Position numbers and translations under genes: made by a program
Shown: in pieces, positions 36,471 to 48,420 of the stretch
How positions within the stretch are numbered: the stretch's first letter is position 1
Layout of the letters: each line of letters begins with the position of its first letter
Assembly: GCF_001194135.2 (NCBI RefSeq)
Contig: NC_068989.1
Coordinates: 21,340,368-21,393,722 of the forward strand
Reading direction: 5' to 3'
DNA from: Octopus bimaculoides
Lineage: Eukaryota
DNA: 53,355 nt
The notes under the pieces: generated by a model
What the model was told of the DNA's origin: nothing
Database searches by the model: none
What the model saw: the letters and a program-made list of their open reading frames with translations, nothing else

Positions 36471-37976
36471 TTCAACATTATAACAGCCATGCATGATATA
36501 CTGCGTTTTTAAATTAGTCAAGTGGAATAAATATTATTGCGATGTCGAAAAGCAGTACACTGGCTTGGGGATAAGACCAAAGTGGAAACTCGACCCTCAA
36601 CTAAAGACATTTTATTTCACTTATAACACTACAGAGGAAGTGCATTAACTTCACCACATGCAACTGACTCCTATAAAATCAAACAGTTTAATGACTTCTC
36701 AAAAGACATTAGTAATATATGAGGAAGAAATTTTATTTACAAATACTGAAATGTTGACGCTAAAAAAAAAGATGACAAATCAGTACTCGATGGTGACATT
36801 GAAGACATAATCGGCGAACTTTTAAGTACTAAAGTGAACATGTCTGATACTGAATCATAACATTTCTGACATTAAGATATATACATTAAGGTGTGTACGT
36901 ATAGTAAAAAAAAATCATCAATATCACACATTGATACAGTTTTCAATGATAGAAATATATATAAATACAGCACAAAATCATAATTGTTGCATAATACAAA
37001 CAGTAGCTACAACATTAAAACGTTGTCATAAAATACAGATTAGCTAAGTTTGATTTAGTACGAACATTTTCTACTTTAGTGATTCAACTACGTTGACATT
37101 TTGAGAGAAAATACAAAGTTGGTTACAATTTTGTCCATTAAAAACATTAGCCATTGTCGACATTAAAATATTTGCCATTGTAGATTTTTAAAAACAATAG
37201 AAATTACAGGAATTAAATCTATATGCGTTGTTAGATTCCTTTCTACATTGCTATTATTTTGTAACTAGCGGGACCCATGAATATTTCACGGAATTAATAG
37301 TGAACCTATTGTGTTATTCTTGAAAACTTTATCCCAAAAACCTGAAAGCGTAGCTTGTATTGTGTCTGTATCACAAGAGAGTCACTCATCTGTTATGCAT
37401 TGAAAAGTGAAGGAAATTGGAAAACATACACTTTATATACTTTATGCACAATGTAAAGACATAAAACACAGCACTCATAAAATAAATATTCACTTTATTT
37501 TTCCATTTATCCCATAAAGAAAAAAAATATATTTTAAAATTTACATGGTCACAATTTCATATCTAGAAATCAAGAATTTTATAGTAAAAGAAAATATTTT
37601 ATATGTAAAATATAGTGGTCACAACTTCACAGGGATAAAAATTTAATGCAATATGGTATACTCTGAAAACCACATCGTTGGTAACTTATAAGCCAAGGCG
37701 ATGGGTCAGAGATAATACACATTTCAGTTTGCGTACACCTTTCAATCCAATACTTCTTTGCAGACAATGTTCTTCGTTTAAGTTTTCCCTCTTCTTTTCC
37801 CTTGTTTGTCAGTATTGATAACTTTAACTTTCACATCAGATAATTTGCGAGCCCTTGAGAATGCAACATACAGTTGACCATGGCCGACTACAGGTTCAGG
37901 CAAGAACAGGCAAGAATTTTGCTACAACATTTCGTATCGAGACGTCAGATGCTGAAAATGTGATCGAAGACAAAGC

Positions 37977-38139
37977 GGGTAATGAGTGTATATGCTATAT
38001 ACACTCAGTGCTGGCTATAAGATCTATAGAATATCTGTAGAAATAACCTTAACAAAAGTGGGGGTAATGAGTGTGTATGCCATATACACTCAGCACTGGC
38101 ATTAAATTCTATAGAATATCTGTAGAAATAACCTTAACA
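37977..38139. repeat. Tandem duplication with 85-bp period, 2 copies
   Basis: gggtaatgagtgt..atatacactcag..ctatagaatatctgtagaaataaccttaaca occurs at 37977 and 38062. Confidence 0.9.
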
Positions 38140-38147
38140 TATGTATG

Positions 38148-38192
<45 letters not shown>

Positions 38193-39019
38193 NNNNNNNN
38201 NNNNNNNNNNNNNNNNNNNNNNNNNNNNNNNNNNNNNNNNNNNNNNNNNNNNNNNNNNNNNNNNNNNNNNNNNNNNNNNNNNNNNNNNNNNNNNNNNNNN
38301 NNNNNNNNNNNNNNNNNNNNNNNNNNNNNNNNNNNNNNNNNNNNNNNNNNNNNNNNNNNNNNNNNNNNNNNNNNNNNNNNNNNNNNNNNNNNNNNNNNNN
38401 NNNNNNNNNNNNNNNNNNNNNNNNNNNNNNNNNNNNNNNNNNNNNNNNNNNNNNNNNNNNNNNNNNNNNNNNNNNNNNNNNNNNNNNNNNNNNNNNNNNN
38501 NNNNNNNNNNNNNNNNNNNNNNNNNNNNNNNNNNNNNNNNNNNNNNNNNNNNNNNNNNNNNNNNNNNNNNNNNNNNNNNNNNNNNNNNNNNNNNNNNNNN
38601 NNNNNNNNNNNNNNNNNNNNNNNNNNNNNNNNNNNNNNNNNNNNNNNNNNNNNNNNNNNNNNNNNNNNNNNNNNNNNNNNNNNNNNNNNNNNNNNNNTAT
38701 ATACAGGCGCGCAACGCATATATATATATATGCTTGTAGGTATCTATGCTTTTACTTTATATTTTAATGATCAAATCAATTAATTGAAGGAATATCTTTT
38801 CCATAAGAATTGAAATTAGCCAAGAATAATTACTTTGTCTTAAGCCTCAGGTTAATAAGTGTTCAGAAGTAGCATACTTCCTCGCCACTGAAATCCTACT
38901 TGACTCCTCCTCAATAAAACTGAAATGAAACTTTTTAAACGCGTCATTACTTCAATTTTGTAATCATAAAGACTGCTGTGTAGGAGTCTCTCGTTATGTG
39001 CAGCAGCAGCAGCAGCTAC

Positions 39020-39060
<41 letters not shown>

Positions 39061-39580
39061 CAGTGATAGTAGTGGTGGTGCTGGTTGGCACCAATTGACA
39101 CGACAGTAAGAATGGCTCTGCCGGACAACAATATTTTTTAAATTACAAAGAAATAATGGTGAATAAAAACAACAGAAAAATAACCGAGTAAATATTCGTA
39201 CTTATCTGCCAATGCATTTTAAATTACATCACACACATACATACATATACACATACGTGTGTGTATAATGTATACACACACACACATATATATACATACA
39301 CACACACACATATATATGTATATACAGAAACTTATACATATATGTATGTGTGCTTGTATGTATGTATATCTATATATTTCGTTATTGTATTTGGTTTGCA
39401 AGATTCTTTATGTGACTTCGTGTGTTGAAGCATTTTTATTGTGACTGGGTAGAGTCATCCTGTTTTAATGCCTTATTAATTAACACATTAACCGGTTCGA
39501 TTTCCATTCATTTACATATTTATTTTTTAAAAAATTTTCGTTGCTTCTTGCAACCTCTTCAATAGTCGTTGGCTAGTATA

Positions 39581-39612
<32 letters not shown>

Positions 39613-39976
39613 NNNNNNNNNNNNNNNNNNNNNNNNNNNNNNNNNNNNNNNNNNNNNNNNNNNNNNNNNNNNNNNNNNNNNNNNNNNNNNNNNNNNNNNN
39701 NNNNNNNNNNNNNNNNNNNNNNNNNNNNNNNNNNNNNNNNNNNNNNNNNNNNNNNNNNNNNNNNNNNNNNNNNNNNNNNNNNNNNNNNNNNNNNNNNNNN
39801 NNNNNNNNNNNNNNNNNNNNNNNNNNNNNNNNNNNNNNNNNNNNNNNNNNNNNNNNNNNNNNNNNNNNNNNNNNNNNNNNNNNNNNNNNNNNNNNNNNNN
39901 NNNNNNNNNNNNNNNNNNNNNNNNNNNNNNNNNNNNNNNNNNNNNNNNNNNNNNNNNNNNNNNNNNNNNNNNNNNN

Positions 39977-40020
<44 letters not shown>

Positions 40021-40232
40021 TAATCAAAGGACATACTAAGTATGTCTATATGCTGGAAATAACAGTCAAACCTTATTTAAATCGCAAAAATACACTGATA
40101 ATAACTACAGAATCCAACCGTCCGATGGCAATCGGGCTACGACAATCTTTCATTCAAGTATTTGGATTCATGTGGACTAGTTTCTGGACTGGCATAATAG
40201 CCTCACCTCCCTAAGCAAGCGTTACCAGAATG

Positions 40233-40354
40233 GAGAGTCTAAACCCGTCAAGTTGAAGTCTGCGCTGCAACTGATCCGTTTTGCGCCGAATCATGGCAGC
40301 CACCATTGTGAATCAGTCGCAGCGCAGACTTCAACGTGACGGGTTGAGGCTCTC
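40233..40354. other. GC-rich 122-bp palindrome (43-bp arms, 36-nt spacer); MITE-like or hairpin RNA
   Basis: Arm 40233-40275 versus the reverse complement of 40312-40354 matches at 39 of 43 positions. Confidence 0.85.
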
Positions 40355-41033
40355 GACCCCATTACTCTTAAACCTTGCACATCATCCTCCCATTATTAGA
40401 TCTATACTCCTTCCTGAGCCTCTTCTATCTCTCTCCTCTTAACTCTTCCATATTAGTATTTTACACACCACCACACTTGTTTAGTACAGATCCGTCTCCT
40501 CATTATTACGGTTTACTATTGAAGGTGCCATTTAGGGAAGATTTTGTTGCTATTTCAAGTTGGTCAAATGAACACGTAGAGGCTTACGTCTCACCTCTTT
40601 TGTTTTCCTTTTCAATGCTGTTGTAATAACATTCTAGTGTTAGTTGTTTTCGTTGTTGATGTTGTTAGCGCTTCTGTTTTGTTATAGAAAGGACAATGAT
40701 TAGTAGAATCCCCGTGGCACCTACTGTAAAACAATAATAGACAAATGAATAAATAAGCATTACCAAGTCTTAAAGCCACTGACTTAACGTGGTAATTAGT
40801 ATACATTGTGAAAACTTCAAGGAACGTTTGTACCATCAAAGATATATATTTTAGATGTCTTCCACTTGTTTTGTTTTTGTGTTTTTTATGATCCTCGTGG
40901 GGGAAAAAATAAAGTAAAATTATATAGATATCAAATTATCAATTCTGGTTTGACTCTATTGTAATGAATTAAAAACAGAAAATTCCAAGATAAAAGAATT
41001 TCAATCTTTTATCAGTCCTAACTTTGCCTTTGT

Positions 41034-41400
41034 GAAGGTACGTGCCCTAGTGGTTATGGTGCTGCATTCATGATCGCCAGATCGTTGGTTCAAGGCCTGG
41101 ATAGGGTGGCATATTGAGTTCTTGAACAAAACACTTCTTTTTACATTGCTCTAATGCTGTGCGGGGACCGGTATGCCAAAGAATAGACCCAAGGTATCCT
41201 CTGCGTATCGTAAAAGGCGATTAAAAGTGGTTGAAGTAGGATTTCCACACCGACCTTGTAAAACCCTCACTTGCAACGAGTACCCAAAACAAACCCTTGG
41301 GTTAGAGCGTTGTCATTTGTGTAGTACAAAGGCCCATCCACCCGGAGTAGTAGGGTATCACTCCAAAAAATGGTAGATGCTGCGACGTGCTGTTACAGCG
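41034..41400 (+). mobile_element. SINE with family B-like head and a different 3' body
   Basis: ctagtggttatggtgc..ggttcaaggcc..ttcttgaacaaaacactt, then cgtaaaaggcgattaaa... Confidence 0.55.
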
Positions 41401-42104
41401 CATACTCACATCCTGCTTCTCCTCCTCCTTCTCATCCTCTCCCCTCTCCACCTCATCATCTTCCTCTTCTTCTTAACATTGCATCTTGATAGAGACACAA
41501 CTAAAATACAGTTACGATATTTTCTACGAGAAGCTAAGTGATCAGTTAGAAAACAGCGAGTGCATTTAGAAAACATTGTAAGTCTGAAAGTGAAAGATTA
41601 TATTGATATGAAACACGGCGAGGCATCTTTTTGCAGTTAGAAAACAGCTAAAACTAAAATAATGCGATTATAAAATATCTTGTGTATGACTACAAAAATG
41701 TCTTGTGAAGAAGGAAGAGAAACTAATGTAAACAACTCCCAATTATGATCAAAACAAATGAATTCTCCGTCTTTAAGGAAGGCAAAAAGCTTGCCTCAAG
41801 CTACGAAAGACGACGATGTATAAATAAAACAAAAATTAACTGCATAATATGTGGAGGTTATGAAGAAACAATCGATCGCATTTTCTTTCTTCTGACAGCC
41901 CGGTTTTAGCCAAAACGGATATAATGAAGCAGGAAAGCGTTTGATATTTGATAGATTGTGAACTACTTTTACGTTATGTACAGAAGAGAGGTGATAGTAG
42001 AAACATACTAAATAATTATTATTAAAAATATAAGTTTTGATGAATGACAAAGCGGACAAAGTGGCAATCAATTGAAATTTCTAACATAGGTTCAAAGTCG
42101 CAAA

Positions 42105-43010
42105 TATTCTTTTCTACTCTAAGCACAAGGCCCGAAATTTTAAGGGAGGAGGGGGCAGTCGATAAAATCGACCCCAGTACACAAATGATACTTAATTTAT
42201 CGACCCCGAAATGGTGAAAAGCAAAGTCGACCTCGGCGGAATTTGAACTCAGAACATAAAGACAGAGGAAATACCGCTATGCATTTCACCCAGCGTGTTA
42301 ACGGTTCTGCCAGCTTGCCACCTTACAAGATCACAAATATTGAGAAACGGCTGTAGTTGATTAGATCTACCACATTAATTTTACTCATCTTTGAAGGATG
42401 AATGGAAAATTTGTAAGTGGAGAAATTTTTCTCAGACTACAAGAAAATAAATACAGTGCAAGGATTGCTCGGTGTTCTACCGATACTGCTTGCAATATTA
42501 ATAATATTGTTTCCGGTTTTGGCCAATTCCAGTAAATTTTAGTGTGAGGAGGTTGGTCGTTTACGTCGAACGAAATAGTTGGCTGGTACTTCAATTTATC
42601 GACCCTGAACAGATAAAAAAACAAAATGAAATCGGTGGAATCTGAGCAGAATGCGTAAAAATCCAGAAGAAGTATTTTGTCTGATGAGCACTCGATTTTG
42701 CCAGCTCACAACCTTAATTATTTCCAGTTTTAGCGCAAAGCCGGCTTATTTTTTATGGGAGGGGTTAAGTCGATTCCATCAACCCCAGTACTTGATTAGT
42801 ACTTTATTTTTTTGATATCGAAAAGACGAAAAGTTGACCTCGGCGGAATTTGAAATCGGAAGGTAAAGAGCTGGAATATATACAGTAAAATATTTTATTC
42901 GGTGTTCTAATTATTGTGCCAGCTCGTCACCTTGCCAAAACTTTTAAGGGAAGAGGCGTGTAGATTACATCGCTTACAGTACTTATCTGTTAATTTATTT
43001 TATGGACCGC
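42105..43010 (-). mobile_element. Cluster of 4 same-orientation SINE family A copies
   Basis: Copies at approx. 42105-42325, 42505-42715, 42720-42933 and 42935-43010 (partial). Confidence 0.82.
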
Positions 43011-43527
43011 ATAATGGTGTGAATCACTGAGAAAATTAAATTTAATTCTAGCCTGGCCAACTGTCGCACAAATCAGTGAAATTCTTTTCTGCCGATTTCT
43101 ATATCAGAAAGAATAATTTCGGCCTAGCTCAGGATGGCCGGGATTGCTCGTCGCTGAAGAAACCAAACCAGGTCATAATATTATGTACTATGTTCTGCCA
43201 ACGACATTCTGAGCGAGATCTGTGACTTTTAACACCCAAGTTTTTCTGAGAGGTTTCACTGAGACAGAATATTGTAGCAGGTGTTTATCTACATTTGTAT
43301 ATACATCATAGATGTTTTGCAAACGACTTGCAGATGCAAGTGCTACCAATTGAAAGCTCTGCATACAGGATGCCAGCAACTTTATGGGGTCATCAGGAGA
43401 GAATGCGCGCCATTTCGGATCTTGCTTCTCAACATTATCATTGTGCACCGGCTCCCCGCTCATTGAAATGAGCCTCCCCCCCTTCCTAGATCAACTAGTT
43501 ATCACACTTACCTCAATATTTTTGTAG

Positions 43528-43740
43528 TCATTGCTCATCGTCTCTTTTTAACCAAATCCAGTGGTGTGCCTTTTCCACTGTAATTTGAATATCGCTCATG
43601 GTGGTAATTGCTTTAAGATGAGTTAGACCTGACGATAACAACAGTCGCCTCGAACTGTGTCCAACGAATCCTCTACATCCGACTTCGACTGGAAAATCTT
43701 CACATTCCTCGAGGTTTACATAACAGTCAGTCTTTCGAAA
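43528..43740 (-). mobile_element. HERO-type RLE non-LTR retrotransposon, C-terminal fragment
   Basis: YVNLEECEDFPVEVGCRGFVGHSSRRLL...EKAHHWIWLKR. The PVEVGCRGF and EK..W.WL.R pattern is as I recall it from HERO-clade ORF ends. Confidence 0.7.
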
Positions 43741-44229
43741 GATCTTAATAATAATACGCAAAGGCATTTGCTTTTAATTGTACGCAACAATACCACTGCA
43801 ATAAATTTTATTTGCTTATATTTTGTAATAAACACTAAAAAATTTCTAGCAAAGTGGAGATATCACTCTTTCAATTGCTTTTCTCAGATGTTACTGATAC
43901 AATTTCTTACCTAAATCTTATTTTACTATTATGGGTTAGTCGAACTCATAGGTTAAAGGAGACAATACCGGTATTTAAAGCGGTATAAACAGCACAACAT
44001 AACACAAACACTCACTGATATTTAAGCATACGCTTATTCGTATACACATGCATAAACAAACACTCAGCCATACACACGCGCAGATGTCTGTATGTGTGTG
44101 TGTATGTATGCATGTATGTAAAAGTAGACACTTAAATCAAGGTGCCCTGCAATGATATCGAGCCATGAAATATGCATTTGCAAAGCGAACTTATTACGTA
44201 CATACGGATTATCAATTCTTATTAATTTG

Positions 44230-44785
44230 ACAAAACTTGCCGCCTTTAATCCTTTTGTGGTCAATAAAATAAATACCCGTTGAGTACTGAAGTCGATGTA
44301 ATTGACTATCCTCTCTCACTTCATTTCAGGCCTTGTGCCCATTCTAGGAAAAATGATTATTACAAGGCCGTGAGCGCACAGAAGCGTATCTTTTTTTCTG
44401 GTTCTTTTTCCTGAATGCAAATCTCATTGAGGTTAACTTTGTTTTCCACTCCTTAAGATTTAATAAAATAATTACCAGTCAAGTACAGGGATAATACTTA
44501 TTACCTCCCCTGAAAACTCTTGGCCTTCTGCTTAAATCAGAAAGCATTGTTATCACATCCTAAAACGGCGAGATGGAAGAATCGTTAGCTCGCCGGACGA
44601 AATACTTAGCAGCATTTCTTCCGACTTTATGTTCTGAGTTCGAAATCCACTGTGGTCGAGTTTGTCTTTGAACCTCTTTGGCGTCGATAAATTAAATACC
44701 AGTTGGGCACTGGGGTCGATGTAATCGACTAGCCCTTCTCCTCAAAGTTTCAGACCTTGTATTTGTAGTAGAAGAATTATTAGCA
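44230..44785 (+). mobile_element. Cluster of 3 SINE family A copies
   Basis: Copies at approx. 44230-44360, 44430-44550 and 44565-44785 (full length). Confidence 0.78.
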
Positions 44786-45950
44786 CAACTGCAATACCCA
44801 AGACTGGGGTGGGGTCTTCGCATTCGTTCGCCCTTCATTCTGGACAACGTTTCTTCATTTACTGCAAAAGTCTTTTCTCGTTCCGTCCCAGTCTAAAGAT
44901 GGTGGAAACACGCACAAAAAAAAAAAGAAAATGTGGTGGGGTGTAAGCGGTTTCAATCTAGCGATCTTAGAATCCTTATTTATTACTGTAACATGCTTTA
45001 ATCGATTCTTGATCTATGAAGGGCGAACTTTTACTGATTTTCAGTCCATTCATGGCAGGAACGCAATTGTCAGTTTGTTTTCAGAAAGCTTACGAGTGCA
45101 CTTCATTAAAAAAAAAAATTCTGGATTTGAATACGATAAAATACAGGCGCAGCTTCAGTTAGTTTTGCTATTTCGTTCNNNNNNNNNNNNNNNNNNNNNN
45201 NNNNNNNNNNNNNNNNNNNNNNNNNNNNNNNNNNNNNNNNNNNNNNNNNNNNNNNNNNNNNNNNNNNNNNNNNNNNNNNNNNNNNNNNNNNNNNNNNNNN
45301 NNNNNNNNNNNNNNNNNNNNNNNNNNNNNNNNNNNNNNNNNNNNNNNNNNNNNNNNNNNNNNNNNNNNNNNNNNNNNNNNNNNNNNNNNNNNNNNNNNNN
45401 NNNNNNNNNNNNNNNNNNNNNNNNNNNNNNNNNNNNNNNNNNNNNNNNNNNNNNNNNNNNNNNNNNNNNNNNNNNNNNNNNNNNNNNNNNNNNNNNNNNN
45501 NNNNNNNNNNNNNNNNNNNNNNNNNNNNNNNNNNNNNNNNNNNNNNNNNNNNNNNNNNNNNNNNNNNNNNNNNNNNNNNNNNNNNNNNNNNNNNNNNNNN
45601 NNNNNNNNNNNNNNNNNNNNNNNNNNNNNNNNNNNNNNNNNNNNNNNNNNNNNNNNNNNNNNNNNNNNNNNNNNNNNNNNNNNNNNNNNNNNNNNNNNNN
45701 NNNNNNNNNNNNNNNNNNNNNNNNNNNNNNNNNNNNNNNNNNNNNNNNNNNNNNNNNNNNNNNNNNNNNNNNNNNNNNNNNNNNNNNNNNNNNNNNNNNN
45801 NNNNNNNNNNNNNNNNNNNNNNNNNNNNNNNNNNNNNNNNNNNNNNNNNNNNNNNNNNNTAATGATATGCATACGTGTATGTGTATGTCTGTTTCCATTT
45901 ATAGTTAGTTACGAGTTGTTCACAAGCATTGAATATTACCAATTACTCAT

Positions 45951-46585
45951 GCAGTGAGCTGGCAGAGTCGTCAGTACGCCGGACAAACTGCTTAACGGCA
46001 TTTCGTCTTTACGTTGTGAGTTCAAATGCCACCAAAGTCGACTTTGCCTTTCATCCTTCCGAGATCGACAAAATACTACCAATTGAGCAGTGGGGTCGAT
46101 GTAATCGACTTATCCTCTGTTCCAAATATGCTTGCCTTGTTCCAAAATTTGAAACCGTTATTACCAAGTTTTTCGTAATTTCATATCCATTTGCGGAATG
46201 CCTGGAAATATAAGTATGCCTATAACAATATATACTGCTTGTATACATAATACGTGTATGTTAAATATATATTTTTGTGTGTACTTGTTGAACATTGGAG
46301 TCGATGTAAACGACTTATCCCCTTCCCCAAAATTGCTGGTCTTGTGACAAAACTTGAAATCATTATTATAAATTGCTATTTGTTGCTGTATTTACTGTTG
46401 CTTCAGTATTTATTTGTTTACCTTTATTATTAAAATCGCTGAGTTGGCAGAGTCGTTAGCACATCGGCAAAAACCTTAGCGATTTTTCGTCCGTCTTCAC
46501 GTTCTGAGTTCAAGTTCTACCAAGATCGGCTTTGCCATTCCAGCTCGGTAAGATATGTACCAGTTGAACACTGATGTCGATATAT
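45951..46585 (+). mobile_element. Cluster of 3 SINE family A copies or fragments
   Basis: Copies at approx. 45951-46163 (full length), 46285-46370 and 46435-46585. Confidence 0.82.
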
Positions 46586-46709
46586 TTTTTTGTTGTTGTT
46601 ACTTAGCAAGTGCTGTCTTAGTGATATATGACTTATATGAATGTATGTATGTTAATTCAATTTAGCATATTAAGATGAAAAACTAACCTTTAGGTTGTCT
46701 TATTTTACT

Positions 46710-47180
46710 CGGCAAATCTATATGGATTTATGTGTGCTGATGTGCCAGGCATTGTTTTTCTTTTTATACGTTTCTGATCATGTGAAAGAACTTCTCATGC
46801 AGTTCCTTAGATTAAGAATTTCACCCTAGAAAGTGAAGAAAAGCAAATACCATGGATGTTAGAGACCTCGGCTGTATCCACGAAAACCCCTTAAGTATTA
46901 CCAACAGTGATTTTGAAAACGAGGCAAAGACGATACTGAGTCTAACTGCTATTGGCATTTATTGTTTGACAAAAAGTTCAGAATGTGGTGTTATTACTAT
47001 AGGCTTTTACCAAAGTTCTTATGGCTACATCATGCATTATAAGACGCTGTTAAAAAGACTAGACGGATTGGAAAGTGTGCTAGAAAGTTCCTACGAAGTT
47101 AGCTTGGCTTCCAGCTATGCTTCAAAGTATTTTACTTCCTATAGCTTCTGCAAAACTCTTGCTACCATTTTACATCTCTG
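46710..47180 (+). mobile_element. Decayed CR1-like LINE RT C-terminal remnant
   Basis: DVRDLGCI (RDLGV motif) and LDGLESVL (LE.VQ motif) occur in the 110-aa ORF. Confidence 0.4.
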
Positions 47181-47194
47181 TTAAGTAAAAAAAA

Positions 47195-47446
47195 GTGAAG
47201 TTCCTACCCGAGTCATATCGACTCGTAGGACCGGTTTCCTGGTTTCCATAGCATATATAATCCCCACCTGGACGGGACGCCGGTCTATCGTACGATTACT
47301 CATTTTTGCCAGTTGAGAGGACTGGAGCAATGTGAAAGGAAGTGCTTCTTTCAAGATCACAACGCATCATGCAGTCCAGGGATCGAAACCACAATCTTAC
47401 GATCACATACATGTCTAACACCCCAACCACCAAGCCACGCGCCTTC
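47195..47446 (-). mobile_element. SINE with family B head and core but a distinct 3' tail
   Basis: Head gaaggcgcgtggcttggtgg..ggtttcgatccc, core ..ctccagtcctctcaactggcaaaaatgagta, and tail ..gcgtcccgtccaggtgggga.. Confidence 0.8.
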
Positions 47447-47949
47447 ACCATTTCTACTAGATAATATTAAGACAGTAAAACATTGATACCATTACGATAA
47501 GGTAGGATTATGTAGATCCTTGTCGTATGACCCAAATTGTAGTGTTGATAGGAAGGAAATGGAGAAAGTGTATGCCGAAGTAGAGTCCACCCCATGACTG
47601 AAAGAGATTAGCTACATGATGAAGAATACAGAGCATAAACTATAACGCATCAAGTAATAAAGCAAAAACTGGATATCTTACCAGACTAAATAGGAACAAC
47701 GAGCGACAACAACAGTGGGGTTACGAATCCACTCTGCAGGGGAAGTATAGTGGACAACAAAGTGATCGTTGATATGAGGTTCGTTCACTATTAGGCATTA
47801 GAATCCTGTTCAAGAAAGCCAAGGAAAAAGGTGGTGGAGATTAGTGATACTATACTGTAACAAAACCATTCAAGAAATATTCAACGAAGCAGAACCTTAA
47901 AGAAGTGAAGATGAAAGATGGAGATAATTGTGGGATTCACCGAAAAGAA

Positions 47950-48420
47950 ATGGAAATGGATTATGAATGCAAAATGGGGAGTAGAAAAGGAGAAAGCATT
48001 TCTGGAAGGAAGAAGTAATGGAAACCAAGGAGAATATTGAAGCTGGTGTTAATGTTTAAAGGGTATAAAATGAGGTTATTTCTGCTTCATTTAATGACAT
48101 AAAACAGATCAAGACAGTTGATATCTCTCAAATGGATTGTATTCCTCATATTCTGATAGAAAATCAACCAACTGTTCCTTTCTCAGAAATACTAAATACA
48201 GTTAAAGTACAAAACATCATGTGAGCCTCTACTTGGTTAGTCGATCTGTTAGAAACAGCGAAAAAATCTTCTTTAATTATAGCCGTTCGCTTTAGGAAAT
48301 AAAAACACATTAGGTTACTCACTCCTGAGCGAATTCCGCCTGGTAGCCAAAAGGGATTTTCCCAGATGGAACGCCGTTGATCATCACCTAAAAAATTTGA
48401 ACTCAAAATACTAAATTGAT
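47950..48420 (+). mobile_element. Decayed LINE remnant (N-terminal RT region)
   Basis: EVISASFNDIKQIKT..MDCIPHILI..PFSEILNT..KKSSLIIAVRFRK loosely follows the EV..LK..D.IP..PL..IFN..WK.A.I pattern. Confidence 0.3.

Noticed and set aside
43188-43466. Overlapping 91-aa and 61-aa ORFs in a GC-richer patch
   Set aside because: No recognisable motif and no splice support; the lengths are within chance expectation.
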